Source: Trueperaceae bacterium (GTDB lineage: Bacteria; Deinococcota; Deinococci; Deinococcales; Trueperaceae). Taken from it: a stretch of 64,000 nt of DNA. The translations under genes and the position numbers were made by a program. Positions 14,294-24,060 of this stretch are shown here, in pieces. The notes under the pieces were generated by a model. That model ran no database searches. It was not told the DNA's origin and saw only the letters and a program-made list of their open reading frames with translations. Positions within the stretch are counted from its first letter, which is position 1; each line of letters begins with the position of its first letter. The stretch is from assembly GCA_034521815.1 (NCBI GenBank), contig JAXHLW010000013.1, positions 128,001-192,000 on the forward strand, in the 5' to 3' direction.

Positions 14294-15129
14294 TCGACCT
14301 CGACCGGGTCCGCGGCGGGGTAGGAGCCCAGGTACTTCACGTACGCCGCTTTCCGCATCAGGCCGGTCAGCGCCGCGGCCACGTGCGTCTCGTCGATGTG
14401 GCCCTCGATGTCGACGTAGAACAGGTAGCTCCACGGCTTGTCGCGGCGAGGTCGGGACTCGAGCTTGGTCATGTTGATGCCGTGCTTCGGGAACTCCTCG
14501 AGGCAGGCCACCAGGTCGCCGGGTCGGTGCTTGGTCGCCAGGACCAGGCTGGTCTTGTGCGGCCGGTCGATCGGCTCCGCCTCGTCGGCGGCCAGGACGA
14601 AGAAGCGGGTGTAGTTGAACGGAAGGTCCTCGATGCGTTCGGCCAGCACCTCGAGCCCGTACGCCTCCGCGGCCCGCTTGCTGGCGATCGCCGCCTTGCC
14701 CTCGCCGCCGTTCTCGGAGAGCACCTTGGCGGCGCCCGCGGTGTCGAAGTCCGTCACGGCCTCGAAATGGTGGCGCCGCAGGTACTCCTGACACTGAGCC
14801 AGCGCCTGAGGGTGGCTGTAGACGCGCCGGACGTCCTCGAGCCCGACGCCCGGTTTCGCGAGCAGGTTGTGGTGCACCCGGACGATCTGCTCGCCGACGA
14901 CGTGCAGGACGGAGTCGGTCAGCAGGTCGTAGGTCTGGTTGATCGATCCCGCCAGGCTGTTCTCGACCGGCAGCACGGCGTGGCTGCATTCGCCTCGCAC
15001 CGTCGCGGCGAACGCTTCCTGGAAGCTTCCGAAGCCGACGGCGTGGGCGCCTGGCGCGAACTGCAGCGCCGCCTGCTCGCTGAACGCGCCCGAGACGCCC
15101 TGGTACGCGATGCGGTGAGTGCGATCCAT
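14290..15129 (-). CDS. pheA: Prephenate dehydratase with ACT domain
   Basis: IAYQGVSGAFSE, LPVENS, SHPQALAQC, NYTRF, KLESRP. Confidence 0.93.
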   Translation of the reverse strand: MDRTHRIAYQGVSGAFSEQAALQFAPGAHAVGFGSFQEAFAATVRGECSHAVLPVENSLAGSINQTYDLLTDSVLHVVGEQIVRVHHNLLAKPGVGLEDVRRVYSHPQALAQCQEYLRRHHFEAVTDFDTAGAAKVLSENGGEGKAAIASKRAAEAYGLEVLAERIEDLPFNYTRFFVLAADEAEPIDRPHKTSLVLATKHRPGDLVACLEEFPKHGINMTKLESRPRRDKPWSYLFYVDIEGHIDETHVAAALTGLMRKAAYVKYLGSYPAADPVEVE

Positions 15130-15157
15130 GGCGGCCCACGCTAGCACGGCCGTGCCG

Positions 15158-16921
15158 TCAAGCGTCGACCGACCTGAGCTCCTGCGCCTCCTCGCGACTC
15201 TCCGCCGCCAGGGCCGCGACCGAGGTCAGCTCGCTCGAGAGGGACTCGAGCCGCTCGGTCTCGCTCTCGACGAAGCGGACGTACGGCGCGATCGCGCCGG
15301 CCAGCGACGCCTCGGCGCGCTCGAGCTCGGCCTGAAGCTGTCGGTCCAGGTCGTGCCCCAGCCCGTCCCGCAACGCTTGCAGCTGCTCGTGGAGCTCGCG
15401 CTTGGCGCGCGCCTTGCGCCGCGGCAGCACCAGGACCCCGAAACCGACCACGGCGGCCCCGAGCGTGATGCCGGTGACGTCGAACGCGGCGCCCGACACG
15501 AACGCCACCACGGCCGCACCGAGGCCCACGCCCGAGACCTGGAGCAGGCCCGACCGCACGACCGCCTGCTGCAGCGAGTCGGCGAGCCGGTCCGCCTCCC
15601 GCTCCCGGTCCCATCCCTCGAGGACCCCTTCGGCGCGACGACGGAGCGCCGAGAGCACATCGCGCCGGTCCATCCGGAATCGTCCCCCGACCTCGCCCAC
15701 GATCCGCTGCTCGCCGGCCGAGCGACGCTCCTTGACGAAGCCGATCACGTCCTCCCAGAGCTGCAGGTTGCGGTGCACGAACCAGTCGACCATCTCGCCC
15801 ATCGCCTCGTCGATTTCCTGGTCGGCGTCGCGCGCGACCTGCTCGACGAACTTCTCGCGGACCCTCTCGGTGCGCATCAGCTCCAGCACGTTGCCGATCC
15901 GCACCGTTCGGTCCAGGAACACCTCGCCGCGCCGCTCGACCTCGACGAGCGCCGTCTTGATGCGGGCCAGGTAGGTCTGAGCCTCGCGTCGCATCTCGCG
16001 CTCGAACTGCTCGAGCTGACGGTGGACCGCGTCCAGCGTGCTCCGGTCCTCGGCGAGAAGCTCCAGGCGGGCCTCGACGTCGTCGTGAACGTCGCGGGCG
16101 ATCCGCTGGGCCACGCCCATCGGCGAGGCGAGCTTGAGCCGCAGCCGCTCGTCGTCGGACAGCTCCGAGGAGAGGAACCGCTCGAGATCCGGAAGGCCGG
16201 ACGCTTCCAGCGCGGCGGGATCGTCCTCGCGCTGGGCGCGGCGCGCCCTTCGGGCGGAGAGCGCGAAGACGCGCGGCGTCGGCTCGCCCAGCACCTCGCG
16301 CGCGTGGTCGGCCACGAAGCGCAGCACTTCGGCGCGGGCGCCGGCACCGCCGTCGTCGCCGACCTCGTCGAGAAGATCGATCTTGTTGACGACCAGCACG
16401 ATCTTGCGGCCCCACGAGGCGATCAGCTCGAGGAACGCCCGTTCGCTCTCCGTGAACGGCCGGTCGGCCGACGTGACGAACAGGACCAGGTCGGCGCGCG
16501 GCACGAAGCGCTCGGTGAGCTGCTGGTGCTGAGCGATCACCGCGTTCGTGCCGGGCGTGTCGACGAACGCGACGTCACGGAGCGCGTCGAGGGGCGCGCG
16601 GCGCGTGACGACCCCGTGTTCGTCTTGCGAGGTGTCGGGCTCGCCGAAGCCCAGCACGGTGATGCGGTCGGTCGTCGGCGTCACCCCTTCGGGCATGACG
16701 TCGGCGGCGAGCAGCGCGTTCATCAGGCTGGACTTGCCCGCGTTGTACTCGCCGCACAGGACCAGCAGGAACAGGCCGTCCAGATCGGCCGCGGCCGTGC
16801 GGAGGGCATCGCGTCGTTCCGCGTCCGCCCCGGCCCGTGCGAGCAGCTCGCGCAGGTCGGCGAGAAGGGCGCGTTCGCGCGTCGCGAGGCCGCGCGCCGC
16901 CCCGCCGATAGTGGCGTCCAT
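15158..16921 (-). CDS. Bacterial dynamin-like GTPase with C-terminal membrane hairpin
   Basis: G1 GEYNAGKS, G2 VTPTT, G3 DTPG, G4 NKID; helical stalk; two hydrophobic segments. Confidence 0.88.
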   Translation of the reverse strand: MDATIGGAARGLATRERALLADLRELLARAGADAERRDALRTAAADLDGLFLLVLCGEYNAGKSSLMNALLAADVMPEGVTPTTDRITVLGFGEPDTSQDEHGVVTRRAPLDALRDVAFVDTPGTNAVIAQHQQLTERFVPRADLVLFVTSADRPFTESERAFLELIASWGRKIVLVVNKIDLLDEVGDDGGAGARAEVLRFVADHAREVLGEPTPRVFALSARRARRAQREDDPAALEASGLPDLERFLSSELSDDERLRLKLASPMGVAQRIARDVHDDVEARLELLAEDRSTLDAVHRQLEQFEREMRREAQTYLARIKTALVEVERRGEVFLDRTVRIGNVLELMRTERVREKFVEQVARDADQEIDEAMGEMVDWFVHRNLQLWEDVIGFVKERRSAGEQRIVGEVGGRFRMDRRDVLSALRRRAEGVLEGWDREREADRLADSLQQAVVRSGLLQVSGVGLGAAVVAFVSGAAFDVTGITLGAAVVGFGVLVLPRRKARAKRELHEQLQALRDGLGHDLDRQLQAELERAEASLAGAIAPYVRFVESETERLESLSSELTSVAALAAESREEAQELRSVDA

Positions 16922-17109
16922 GGGCGCGAGGATAGCACGCTCCGACGCGAATTCCGCTCGTCCGTGACGGGCTCGCCGCCAGCGGCGGGTAGACTGTCCG
17001 CTCGTGACCCGGCGTGCCTGTGCGCCCGACGCCGGACGCGCTCGCGCCGTCGGCGCCCCATCGTTTCGTCCGGCCGTATTGCGCGGCCGCGTGCTCCACC
17101 GGAGGCCGC

Positions 17110-18270
17110 ATGCGATTCACCGTTTCCCGCCACGTTCGCCGCCTCGTTCCCCGCACCGTTCGGACGCTCGCCGCCGCGCTGGCGCTCGCGTTCGCCCTCG
17201 TACCGGTCGCCTCGGCCCAGGCGATCGGAGACCGTCTCGAGACGTTCCTCGACGCGTCCGGCGCCGTCGCCGTCGATGACGGGGCGTACCGCTTGGCAGA
17301 TCTGAGCCTCGCGGTTCGCGCGCCGAACGACGTCCTGGCGCAGATGACGCTGACCGGCGTTCTGGACGATCAGGGGGTGAGGGACGCCGCCGCCGCGCTC
17401 GCGATCGCCACGGGCTACGGCGCCGGGATCGAGGAGCCGATCGCCACGTACCTGCGCGAGCAGGCTCCCGCGCTGGCGAGCTCGGGGCCGGTCACGATCG
17501 GCGTCGAGGCGTACGCGCTGGAGATCGATCTCGAGGCGGGCACGCCGCCTTCGGGCACACTTTCGCTTTCGCTGCCCACCGTGAGCCAGGAGGCGTTCGG
17601 AACGCCGGTCGCCACGCTGGGCGCCGACGACGCCGCGGTGATGATTCGGGTGTTCAGCGATTTCCAGTGCCCGTTCTGCCAACGCTACGCCCTCGAGATC
17701 ATGCCGTCGCTCGAGGCGAGCGTGCTCGAGCGGGACGACGTCGGCTTCGCGTTCCACCACTTCCCGTTGACGTCGATCCATGCGAACGCCGTGCCGGCGG
17801 CCGAAGCTGCGCAGTGCGTGAGCGATCATTACGGTGCGGACGCGTTCTGGGCCTACCACGACCTGCTGTTCGAGCGGCTGGACGCCTGGAAGGGACTGGG
17901 CGATCCGGCTCCGTACTTCGCACGCGTGACCCGCGACGTCGAGGCGGTCGCGGCGGCCGCATCGGAGGCCAACGACGGGGTGGACCTCGAGCGGGCGGCG
18001 GACGTGGCCGCCGAGCAGGTGGGCGCGTGCCTGGCGAACGGCGACGCGAGGGCGACGGTCCGGGACGCCGCGGCACGGGCCCGAGCGCTGAACCTGTCCG
18101 GAACGCCCACCGTGTTCGTCGGCGACTACCGGCTGAACGACTTCGGCTCGCCGCAGGCGTACGCGCGTCTGGTCCGACTCCAGCTCGCGGAGCGAGGTGA
18201 CGCGCTCGGACCCGAGATGGCGCGAGATGCCGACGGGAGCGCTGCGGCGGAGGAGACCGCGGAGGATTGA
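17110..18270 (+). CDS. Exported DsbA/BdbD-like thioredoxin-fold protein with extra N-terminal domain
   Basis: Signal peptide (VASA-QA), FSDFQCPFC active site, HFPL, GTPT cis-Pro loop; GGAGG RBS. Confidence 0.85.
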   Translation: MRFTVSRHVRRLVPRTVRTLAAALALAFALVPVASAQAIGDRLETFLDASGAVAVDDGAYRLADLSLAVRAPNDVLAQMTLTGVLDDQGVRDAAAALAIATGYGAGIEEPIATYLREQAPALASSGPVTIGVEAYALEIDLEAGTPPSGTLSLSLPTVSQEAFGTPVATLGADDAAVMIRVFSDFQCPFCQRYALEIMPSLEASVLERDDVGFAFHHFPLTSIHANAVPAAEAAQCVSDHYGADAFWAYHDLLFERLDAWKGLGDPAPYFARVTRDVEAVAAAASEANDGVDLERAADVAAEQVGACLANGDARATVRDAAARARALNLSGTPTVFVGDYRLNDFGSPQAYARLVRLQLAERGDALGPEMARDADGSAAAEETAED

Positions 18271-18339
18271 CGCCTCGCGACCTCGGCACGTGCCGAGATC
18301 GCGAGGACGTGGACGACCGCTCGGGGGTACGGTGGCGAC

Positions 18340-19416
18340 ATGACTATCCACGCCGCCACCGCTTCCGAGCTCGACACCGGCGCGCTCGTCGACGACCTCG
18401 TGCGCCTGCTCGAGGTTCCTTCACCGACCGGCTTCACCGAGGACGCCATCTCGCTGCTCGAGTCGTGGCTGCGGCCGCTGGGCGTGCCGTTCGCCCGCAC
18501 GCCCAAGGGCGCGCTCGTCTGGACGGTGCGGGGCGGCTCCGCCCCCGCCCGAACCGTGGCGTGCCACGTGGATACGCTGGGCGCGATGGTGGCCGAGATC
18601 AAGCGCGACGGTCGTCTGCGGCTGACCGCTCTGGGCGGGTACGACTGGGCGACCGTCGAGGGGGCCGAGTGCCGGCTGACCACGTTCGAGGGACGGCAGC
18701 TGACGGGAACCGTCGTCAACGTCAAGCAGTCCACGCACGTCCACGGGCAGGCGCTGCGCGATCTGAAGCGCGACGCATCGTCGATGGAGCTGCGGCTGGA
18801 CGCGGAGGCCTGGGACGCCGCCGCGGTACGAGCGCTGGGCGTCGGCGTGGGCGATCCGGTGGCGTTCCTCAGCGCGCCCAGCGTGACCGAGTCGGGGTTC
18901 GTGAAGGGACGCCACCTGGACAACAAGGCGTCCGTCGCCGTCTGTCTGGCAGCGACGCGGGCCCTGGTGGCGTCGGGAACGCGCCCGCCGGGCGACGTGC
19001 ACGTGTTCGTGTCGAACTACGAGGAGGTCGGTCACGGCGCTGCGGCCGGGATCCCCGCACAGACCGAGGAGCTGCTCTGCCTGGACATGGCGGCCGTCGG
19101 AAAGGGACAGGCCAGTCGCGAGGACGCCGTGACGCTGTGCATCAAGGACTCGACCGGTCCGTACGACCCGGTGATGAATCGTGCGCTCCGGCAGCTGGCC
19201 GAGCACGAAGGGATCGAGCTGACGACCGACGTCTATCCGTACTACGGCTCGGACGCCTCCGCCGCCTGGCGCGCGGGCGGAGCTTGGCGTGCCGCGTTGA
19301 TCGGTCCCGGCGTAGACGCGTCGCACGCGTACGAACGGACCCACCGGAAGGCGCTCGAGGCGACGGCCAGGCTGGTGCTCGCCTGGGCGCTGCACGACCA
19401 CGACCAAGGCGCCTGA
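18340..19416 (+). CDS. M42 family metallopeptidase
   Basis: PSPTG, HVDTLG, RHLDNK, YEEVGHG, SDA, SHAYER metal ligands. Confidence 0.9.
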   Translation: MTIHAATASELDTGALVDDLVRLLEVPSPTGFTEDAISLLESWLRPLGVPFARTPKGALVWTVRGGSAPARTVACHVDTLGAMVAEIKRDGRLRLTALGGYDWATVEGAECRLTTFEGRQLTGTVVNVKQSTHVHGQALRDLKRDASSMELRLDAEAWDAAAVRALGVGVGDPVAFLSAPSVTESGFVKGRHLDNKASVAVCLAATRALVASGTRPPGDVHVFVSNYEEVGHGAAAGIPAQTEELLCLDMAAVGKGQASREDAVTLCIKDSTGPYDPVMNRALRQLAEHEGIELTTDVYPYYGSDASAAWRAGGAWRAALIGPGVDASHAYERTHRKALEATARLVLAWALHDHDQGA

Positions 19417-19464
19417 GGCCGACCGCGGCGTATCCCCCGTCGGTGTGCGCTACACTCGGTCGAC

Positions 19465-20166
19465 ATGCAGGAATATCCGAGTCTGGTCTGGCACCTCAAG
19501 AATACGCAGCTGTTCGAGGACCTGTCCGCGGACGAGCTCGAGCAGCTGTCCAAGATCACGCCCTACCGGCGTTACGCGGCGGGCGAGATCGTCTATCACA
19601 TGGAAGACCCGGCCGACGCGCTCTACTTCGTGCGCGACGGCATGGTCAAGATCTCCATGTACTTCCCGAACGGGAAGGAGATGATCCTGGGGCTGCTGGG
19701 CCAGTACGACATCTTCGGCGAGCTGCTGCTCCTGCCCAGCGAGCGGCGTCCCAACCAGGCCGAGGCGGTCGTCGACACGACGCTGATCGTGATGCCCGAG
19801 GCCGACTTCCAAAGGTTGCTGCAGCAGTACCCGCGCATCGCGATGAAGTTCATCCAGGTCATGTCGACGCGCCTCTGGCAAGCGCAGCAGTGGCAGGCCG
19901 AGGTGGGCGCCTTCGATGCCCCGGGCCGACTCGCGAACCTGCTGGTGCGCCTTTCCGGCGACTTCGGCAAAGAGGGCGAGCGCGGGATCGAGATCGACCT
20001 GAACCTGACGCAGCAGGACCTCGCCAAGATGATCGGCGCGACCCGTGAGACCGTGAGTCACTGTCTGGCCCGCCTGCTGGAGTACGGCGCGGTCAAGCGT
20101 CGCCGCTCGCCGATCGTCGTCGACGTCGCGGCACTGACGCGCTTCCTGGACGAAGCCAGCAACTGA
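19465..20166 (+). CDS. Crp/Fnr family transcriptional regulator
   Basis: cNMP-binding domain (FGE...RP) and HTH LTQQDLAKMIGATRETVS. Confidence 0.92.
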   Translation: MQEYPSLVWHLKNTQLFEDLSADELEQLSKITPYRRYAAGEIVYHMEDPADALYFVRDGMVKISMYFPNGKEMILGLLGQYDIFGELLLLPSERRPNQAEAVVDTTLIVMPEADFQRLLQQYPRIAMKFIQVMSTRLWQAQQWQAEVGAFDAPGRLANLLVRLSGDFGKEGERGIEIDLNLTQQDLAKMIGATRETVSHCLARLLEYGAVKRRRSPIVVDVAALTRFLDEASN

Positions 20167-20192
20167 TCCGGCGGCCGGCCGCTCGCGGCCCG

Positions 20193-20233
20193 GCACGTCA
20201 CGAACCTGCACGTCACGAACCTGCACGTCACGA
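20193..20233. repeat. 15-nt tandem repeat x2.7 (GCACGTCACGAACCT), intergenic between convergent genes
   Basis: Read directly. Confidence 0.85.
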
Positions 20234-20241
20234 TCCGGCGA

Positions 20242-22050
20242 TCACACCAGCTCGGACGGCGCCACCAACGACACCAGCTCGCTCTTCCCCTCGGGCATCG
20301 GACCTTGCTCCGGCAACAGCCGGACCGTTTCGTTGTGGATCACGAACAGCGGCACCTGGTCGTCGTCACCGCGACTGCGCAGGTCCTCGATCGAGACCCT
20401 TTCCGAGAGCGGTGTGCGCTTCAGGATCGCGCCCCGTTCGAACAACGCCTCGAGCTGCGGGTAGTCCACGTCCGGCCCGAACGCCAGCCGGCCCCGCTGC
20501 TCGGTCGACAGGTTGTCCCGTGCCGTGCCCGACGTGCCGGGCGCCAGCTGGAACACGTTCTGCGTCCCGAACGTGCGGGCGTACTTGAGCGACGACAGCG
20601 CGTTCGCCTCGTCGTTCGAGGTGAGGGCCAGCAGACGGCCGATGCCCGACAGCCGAATCTCGTCGTCGGTCCGGTCGGAGAGCAGGCTCCCGTAGTACGC
20701 CGGAAGCCCTTCGAGGCGTGCGGCGGCGACGTTCGACCAGTTCGTGTCCGCCAGCATCACCGCCAGCTCTTCGTCCTTCAGGAACTGCGCGATGCGGCGT
20801 GCGATGGCGTGGGCGCCCAGGATCAGGAACCCTTGCGGGTCGGGCTCGGCCACGCCGAGCGCCTCCGCGACCGGCTTGGCGGTCAGGCTTGCGAGCAGGA
20901 CCGTGCCCACGATCACCAGGAACACGAGGGGGACGAGCGACTCGGCGCCTTCGAACCCCGCGGCGACGAGCTTCGTGGCGAACAACGAGCTGACCGCGGC
21001 CGCCACGATGCCGCGCGGGGCGATCCAGCCGAGGAACGCCTTCTCGCGGAGGCTGAGAGCGCTGCCGGCGGTGGACGCGAACACGGAGAGCGGCCGAATG
21101 ACCAAGATGATCGTGGCCAGCAGCGCCAGGCTGGGAAGGCTGAGCGCCGCCATGAACGCTGCGAGGTCGATGTTGGCGGCCAGGACGATGAACAGCAGGG
21201 TGATGAACAGGACCGTCAGGTCCTCCTTGAAGCTCAGCAGGTCGTTGATGTTCGGCACGCCCCGGTTGGCGATCACCATCCCCATCAGAACCGTCGCCAG
21301 CAGCCCCGCTTCCGGCGCCATGGCGCCGGCGACCGCGAACGCGGCGAACACCATCGCGAGCGCGACGAGGTTGACGAGGTAATCGGGAACGAGGCGCCGC
21401 CGCAGCAGCCACGCCAGCAGACTGCCGGCGACCACGCCCACCAACGTGCCGGTCAGGATGAAGCGGAGGAACAGCAGCACCGTGCTGCCGAGCGCCTCCC
21501 CGCGGTTTTCGATCAGCACGAACTCGAAGACGAGGACCGCGACCATCGCGCCGATCGCGTCGATCAGGATGCCTTCCCACTTCAGGACGTTCGCGACGCG
21601 TGTGGAAGGTCGCACGATCCGCAGAAGCGGCCCGATCACCGTCGGGCCGGTCACGATGATCAGCGCGCCGAACAGGAACGCCAGCTGCGGTGGCAGGCCC
21701 ACCAACGCCCACGCCGCGAAGGTCGCGCCCAGCCAGGTGATCAGCGCGCCGATGGTGACGAGGCGGATGACGACGCCCCGCGTCTCGCGGACCTCGGGAA
21801 GCGACAGCGTGAGCCCGCCCTCGAACAGGATGAGGCCGACGGCCAGCGAGACGGCGGGGAAGAGGAGGTCCTGGCCGAAAAGCGTCGTCGGATCGATCCA
21901 GCCGAACAGCGGCCCGACCAGGAAGCCGACGATCAGCAGAGGCAGAATCGCCGGCAGGCCGATGCGCCAGGCAGCCCATTGCGCCGTGGCGCCCAGGGCG
22001 ACGACGGCGGCGATCGCGAGCGCGGGTTGGGAAGCGAGAAGCTCAGCCAT
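20242..22050 (-). CDS. CPA1-type cation:proton antiporter with C-terminal RCK/NAD-binding domain
   Basis: About 12 TM helices, ILFEGGL, VTGPTVI, WEGILID, APRGIVAA; soluble tail GFLILGAH. Confidence 0.9.
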   Translation of the reverse strand: MAELLASQPALAIAAVVALGATAQWAAWRIGLPAILPLLIVGFLVGPLFGWIDPTTLFGQDLLFPAVSLAVGLILFEGGLTLSLPEVRETRGVVIRLVTIGALITWLGATFAAWALVGLPPQLAFLFGALIIVTGPTVIGPLLRIVRPSTRVANVLKWEGILIDAIGAMVAVLVFEFVLIENRGEALGSTVLLFLRFILTGTLVGVVAGSLLAWLLRRRLVPDYLVNLVALAMVFAAFAVAGAMAPEAGLLATVLMGMVIANRGVPNINDLLSFKEDLTVLFITLLFIVLAANIDLAAFMAALSLPSLALLATIILVIRPLSVFASTAGSALSLREKAFLGWIAPRGIVAAAVSSLFATKLVAAGFEGAESLVPLVFLVIVGTVLLASLTAKPVAEALGVAEPDPQGFLILGAHAIARRIAQFLKDEELAVMLADTNWSNVAAARLEGLPAYYGSLLSDRTDDEIRLSGIGRLLALTSNDEANALSSLKYARTFGTQNVFQLAPGTSGTARDNLSTEQRGRLAFGPDVDYPQLEALFERGAILKRTPLSERVSIEDLRSRGDDDQVPLFVIHNETVRLLPEQGPMPEGKSELVSLVAPSELV

Positions 22051-22102
22051 GCCACGTCATCATGGCACGGCGAACCGCGTGGCTGTCGTGCTAGCGTGCC
22101 GC

Positions 22103-22441
22103 GTGCAACGACGCTTTCTGGTAACGACCGACCATGGCGAGGTGCTCGTCCGGATCGACCCCGACCGCGGTGGGCTCGATCCCGACCTGCTGATCCTCGA
22201 GTCGCCCGACGACGCGAACTCCAGCGATCTCCCCACCACCGTGCCGCTGCGCGCGTTCGGCGCCAAGATGGTGGAGCTGATCGAGGCGCAAGGAGGCGAC
22301 ATGCCCGGTGGCGAGCGCCTTCGTCGTCTCCTGGTGCAGGAGAAGGCCAGCTCGGATCTCAATCGCATCGAGCGCTGGGCACGCACCCACGGCAGCGACG
22401 CCAACGGCAGCGACGCTGACGGCAGCGACGCTAACGGCTGA
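22103..22441 (+). CDS. Small hypothetical protein (112 aa)
   Basis: GTG 5 nt after TAGCGT; MQRRFLVTTDHGEVLVRIDP...IERWARTH; 3' part of track ORF 21446..22441; ends in GSDA(N/D) 15-nt repeats. Confidence 0.7.
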   Translation: MQRRFLVTTDHGEVLVRIDPDRGGLDPDLLILESPDDANSSDLPTTVPLRAFGAKMVELIEAQGGDMPGGERLRRLLVQEKASSDLNRIERWARTHGSDANGSDADGSDANG

Positions 22442-22516
22442 GCGCCCCCTCGTCCAGGGGGCGCTCAGCCGTGGCGATCGTCCGGCGCCTTATCTTCGGT
22501 TCATCGCCTTCGTTCG

Positions 22517-23074
22517 TCAGTCGCCGTCGTCCTCCTCGACGATCTCGCCGAGGTCCTGCAGCATGTTCTTGTACAGCGTCAGCGCGAACGCTTCGATCGA
22601 GGCGCGCGCCTCGTCGGTGGCCAGGCCGGCAGCGACCCGGTCGTGCGCGATGCGAAGCGAGGTGGCGAAGACCGTCTCGAAGACGGGCCAAGGACCTTCG
22701 AACGGCGCCGCGTCCAGGTCGTCGGAAGCCGGCGGCTCGGCCGCGGCTTCGGCATCGGGCGCCGCCGCCGTCGTCGGGCTGGCCGCCGCCTCGGCCGGGG
22801 CCGAGGACGCCGACTTGCCACGGCCGCCGCGGCGACGTCCGGACGAGCGTTGCGGCGGCGCGGGGGTGTCGAGCGCGGCGAGGGCTTCCTCCGCGGCGCG
22901 GCGCTCTGCGGTTCGTTTGTTCGGGCCGCTTCCGCGACCGAGGACCTCGTCGTCCACGAGTACGTCGGACTCGAAGATCGGCTCGTGGTCGGGCCCGCTG
23001 GTCCGCGACTCGAATCGCGGCTGGCGGCCCTCTTTCTGGAGGCGTTCGATCAGAACGCCCTTCGGATGTGCCAT
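22517..23074 (-). CDS. Stand-alone double-stranded RNA-binding motif protein
   Basis: HPKGVLIE...SGPDHEPIF...GRGSGPNKRTAERRAAEEAL is a dsRBM; no RNase III catalytic domain. Confidence 0.85.
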   Translation of the reverse strand: MAHPKGVLIERLQKEGRQPRFESRTSGPDHEPIFESDVLVDDEVLGRGSGPNKRTAERRAAEEALAALDTPAPPQRSSGRRRGGRGKSASSAPAEAAASPTTAAAPDAEAAAEPPASDDLDAAPFEGPWPVFETVFATSLRIAHDRVAAGLATDEARASIEAFALTLYKNMLQDLGEIVEEDDGD

Positions 23075-23173
23075 CGATGTCCCTTCCCAGCAGCCGTCCG
23101 GCGCCCGCGACGCGCGTGCCGGACGGCTGCCGCGGTGCACGGTAGCACGCGGTCCATGCGCTAGGATGACGTC

Positions 23174-23839
23174 ATGACACGCCTGTTGCTGTGCGACGAC
23201 CATGCGATGTTCCGTCAGGGGCTACGGAGCATCCTCGAGACCGAGGACGACGTCCGCATCATCGGCGAGGCGTCCACGGGTCGCGAGGCCGTCCGCTACG
23301 CGCTCGAGACGAAGCCGGACGTCGTGCTGATGGACATCCAGATGCCCGAGCTCGACGGCGTCGCGGCCACCAAGGCCATTCTGGCCGAGGATCCCGACAT
23401 TCGCGTCATCATCCTCACGATGTATCGGCAGGATCGCTACGTGTTCGAGGCGATCAAGGTCGGCGCGCGGGGATACATGCTCAAGGACGCGGACGCCGGC
23501 GACCTGATCTCCGCCATTCGCCGGGTCGCGGCGGGCGAGACGCTGCTGAACGCCGAGATGGCGGCCAGCATCCTGGACGAGTTTCGCAAGACCGACCAGC
23601 TGCCTGCCCATCCGGACCATCGCATCCGGGAGCTGACCGACCGCGAGGAGGAGATCCTTCGGCACCTGGCGCAGGGGGCGACGAACCAGGAGATCGCCGC
23701 GGCGCTGGACGTGAGCGAGAAGACGGTTCGGAACCGGCTTTCGGAGATCTTCAGCAAGCTGCGGCTCAACAACCGCACCCAGGCTGCGCTCTACGCCCTG
23801 CGCGAGGGCATCGCCTCGCTGCAGGACTCCGCCGAGTGA
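23174..23839 (+). CDS. NarL/LuxR-family response regulator
   Basis: DDH, phospho-Asp [24 protein letters not shown]...SEKTVRN. Confidence 0.93.
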   Translation: MTRLLLCDDHAMFRQGLRSILETEDDVRIIGEASTGREAVRYALETKPDVVLMDIQMPELDGVAATKAILAEDPDIRVIILTMYRQDRYVFEAIKVGARGYMLKDADAGDLISAIRRVAAGETLLNAEMAASILDEFRKTDQLPAHPDHRIRELTDREEEILRHLAQGATNQEIAAALDVSEKTVRNRLSEIFSKLRLNNRTQAALYALREGIASLQDSAE

Positions 23840-24060
23840 GTCAGCGCCGATTCCGCGCGGGATGCCGCCGCGAGCGCATCGGCCCCTCCGACCTGGACGA
23901 GATCGCCTACCTCGAGCTGGCGTTTCCCGAATGCCCGACCTGCCCGCATCGCGTCGAGCCGGAGGGCGGTCCGTCGTTCTGCCGTTGGATCGCGACCGAT
24001 CGTCCGACTGCGTTCGAGGTGCTGGCCCGCTTCGACCTCGGCGAAGGCGACGCGACGTGA
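23836..24060 (+). CDS. 74-aa Cys-rich small protein (C-x22-CxxC-x12-C)
   Basis: GTGA overlaps at both ends; [13 protein letters not shown]...[22 protein letters not shown]. Confidence 0.75.
   Translation: MSQRRFRAGCRRERIGPSDLDEIAYLELAFPECPTCPHRVEPEGGPSFCRWIATDRPTAFEVLARFDLGEGDAT

Noticed and set aside
17004-17279. Leaderless ORF 8 nt after TAGACT
   Set aside because: Arg-rich non-globular product overlapping the DsbA-like gene, which has its own GGAGG RBS; more likely that gene's 5' leader.
20193-20233. Short repeat arrays as CRISPR or as Crp binding sites
   Set aside because: Repeats are contiguous with no spacers, there are no cas genes, and no TGTGA-N6-TCACA palindrome is present.
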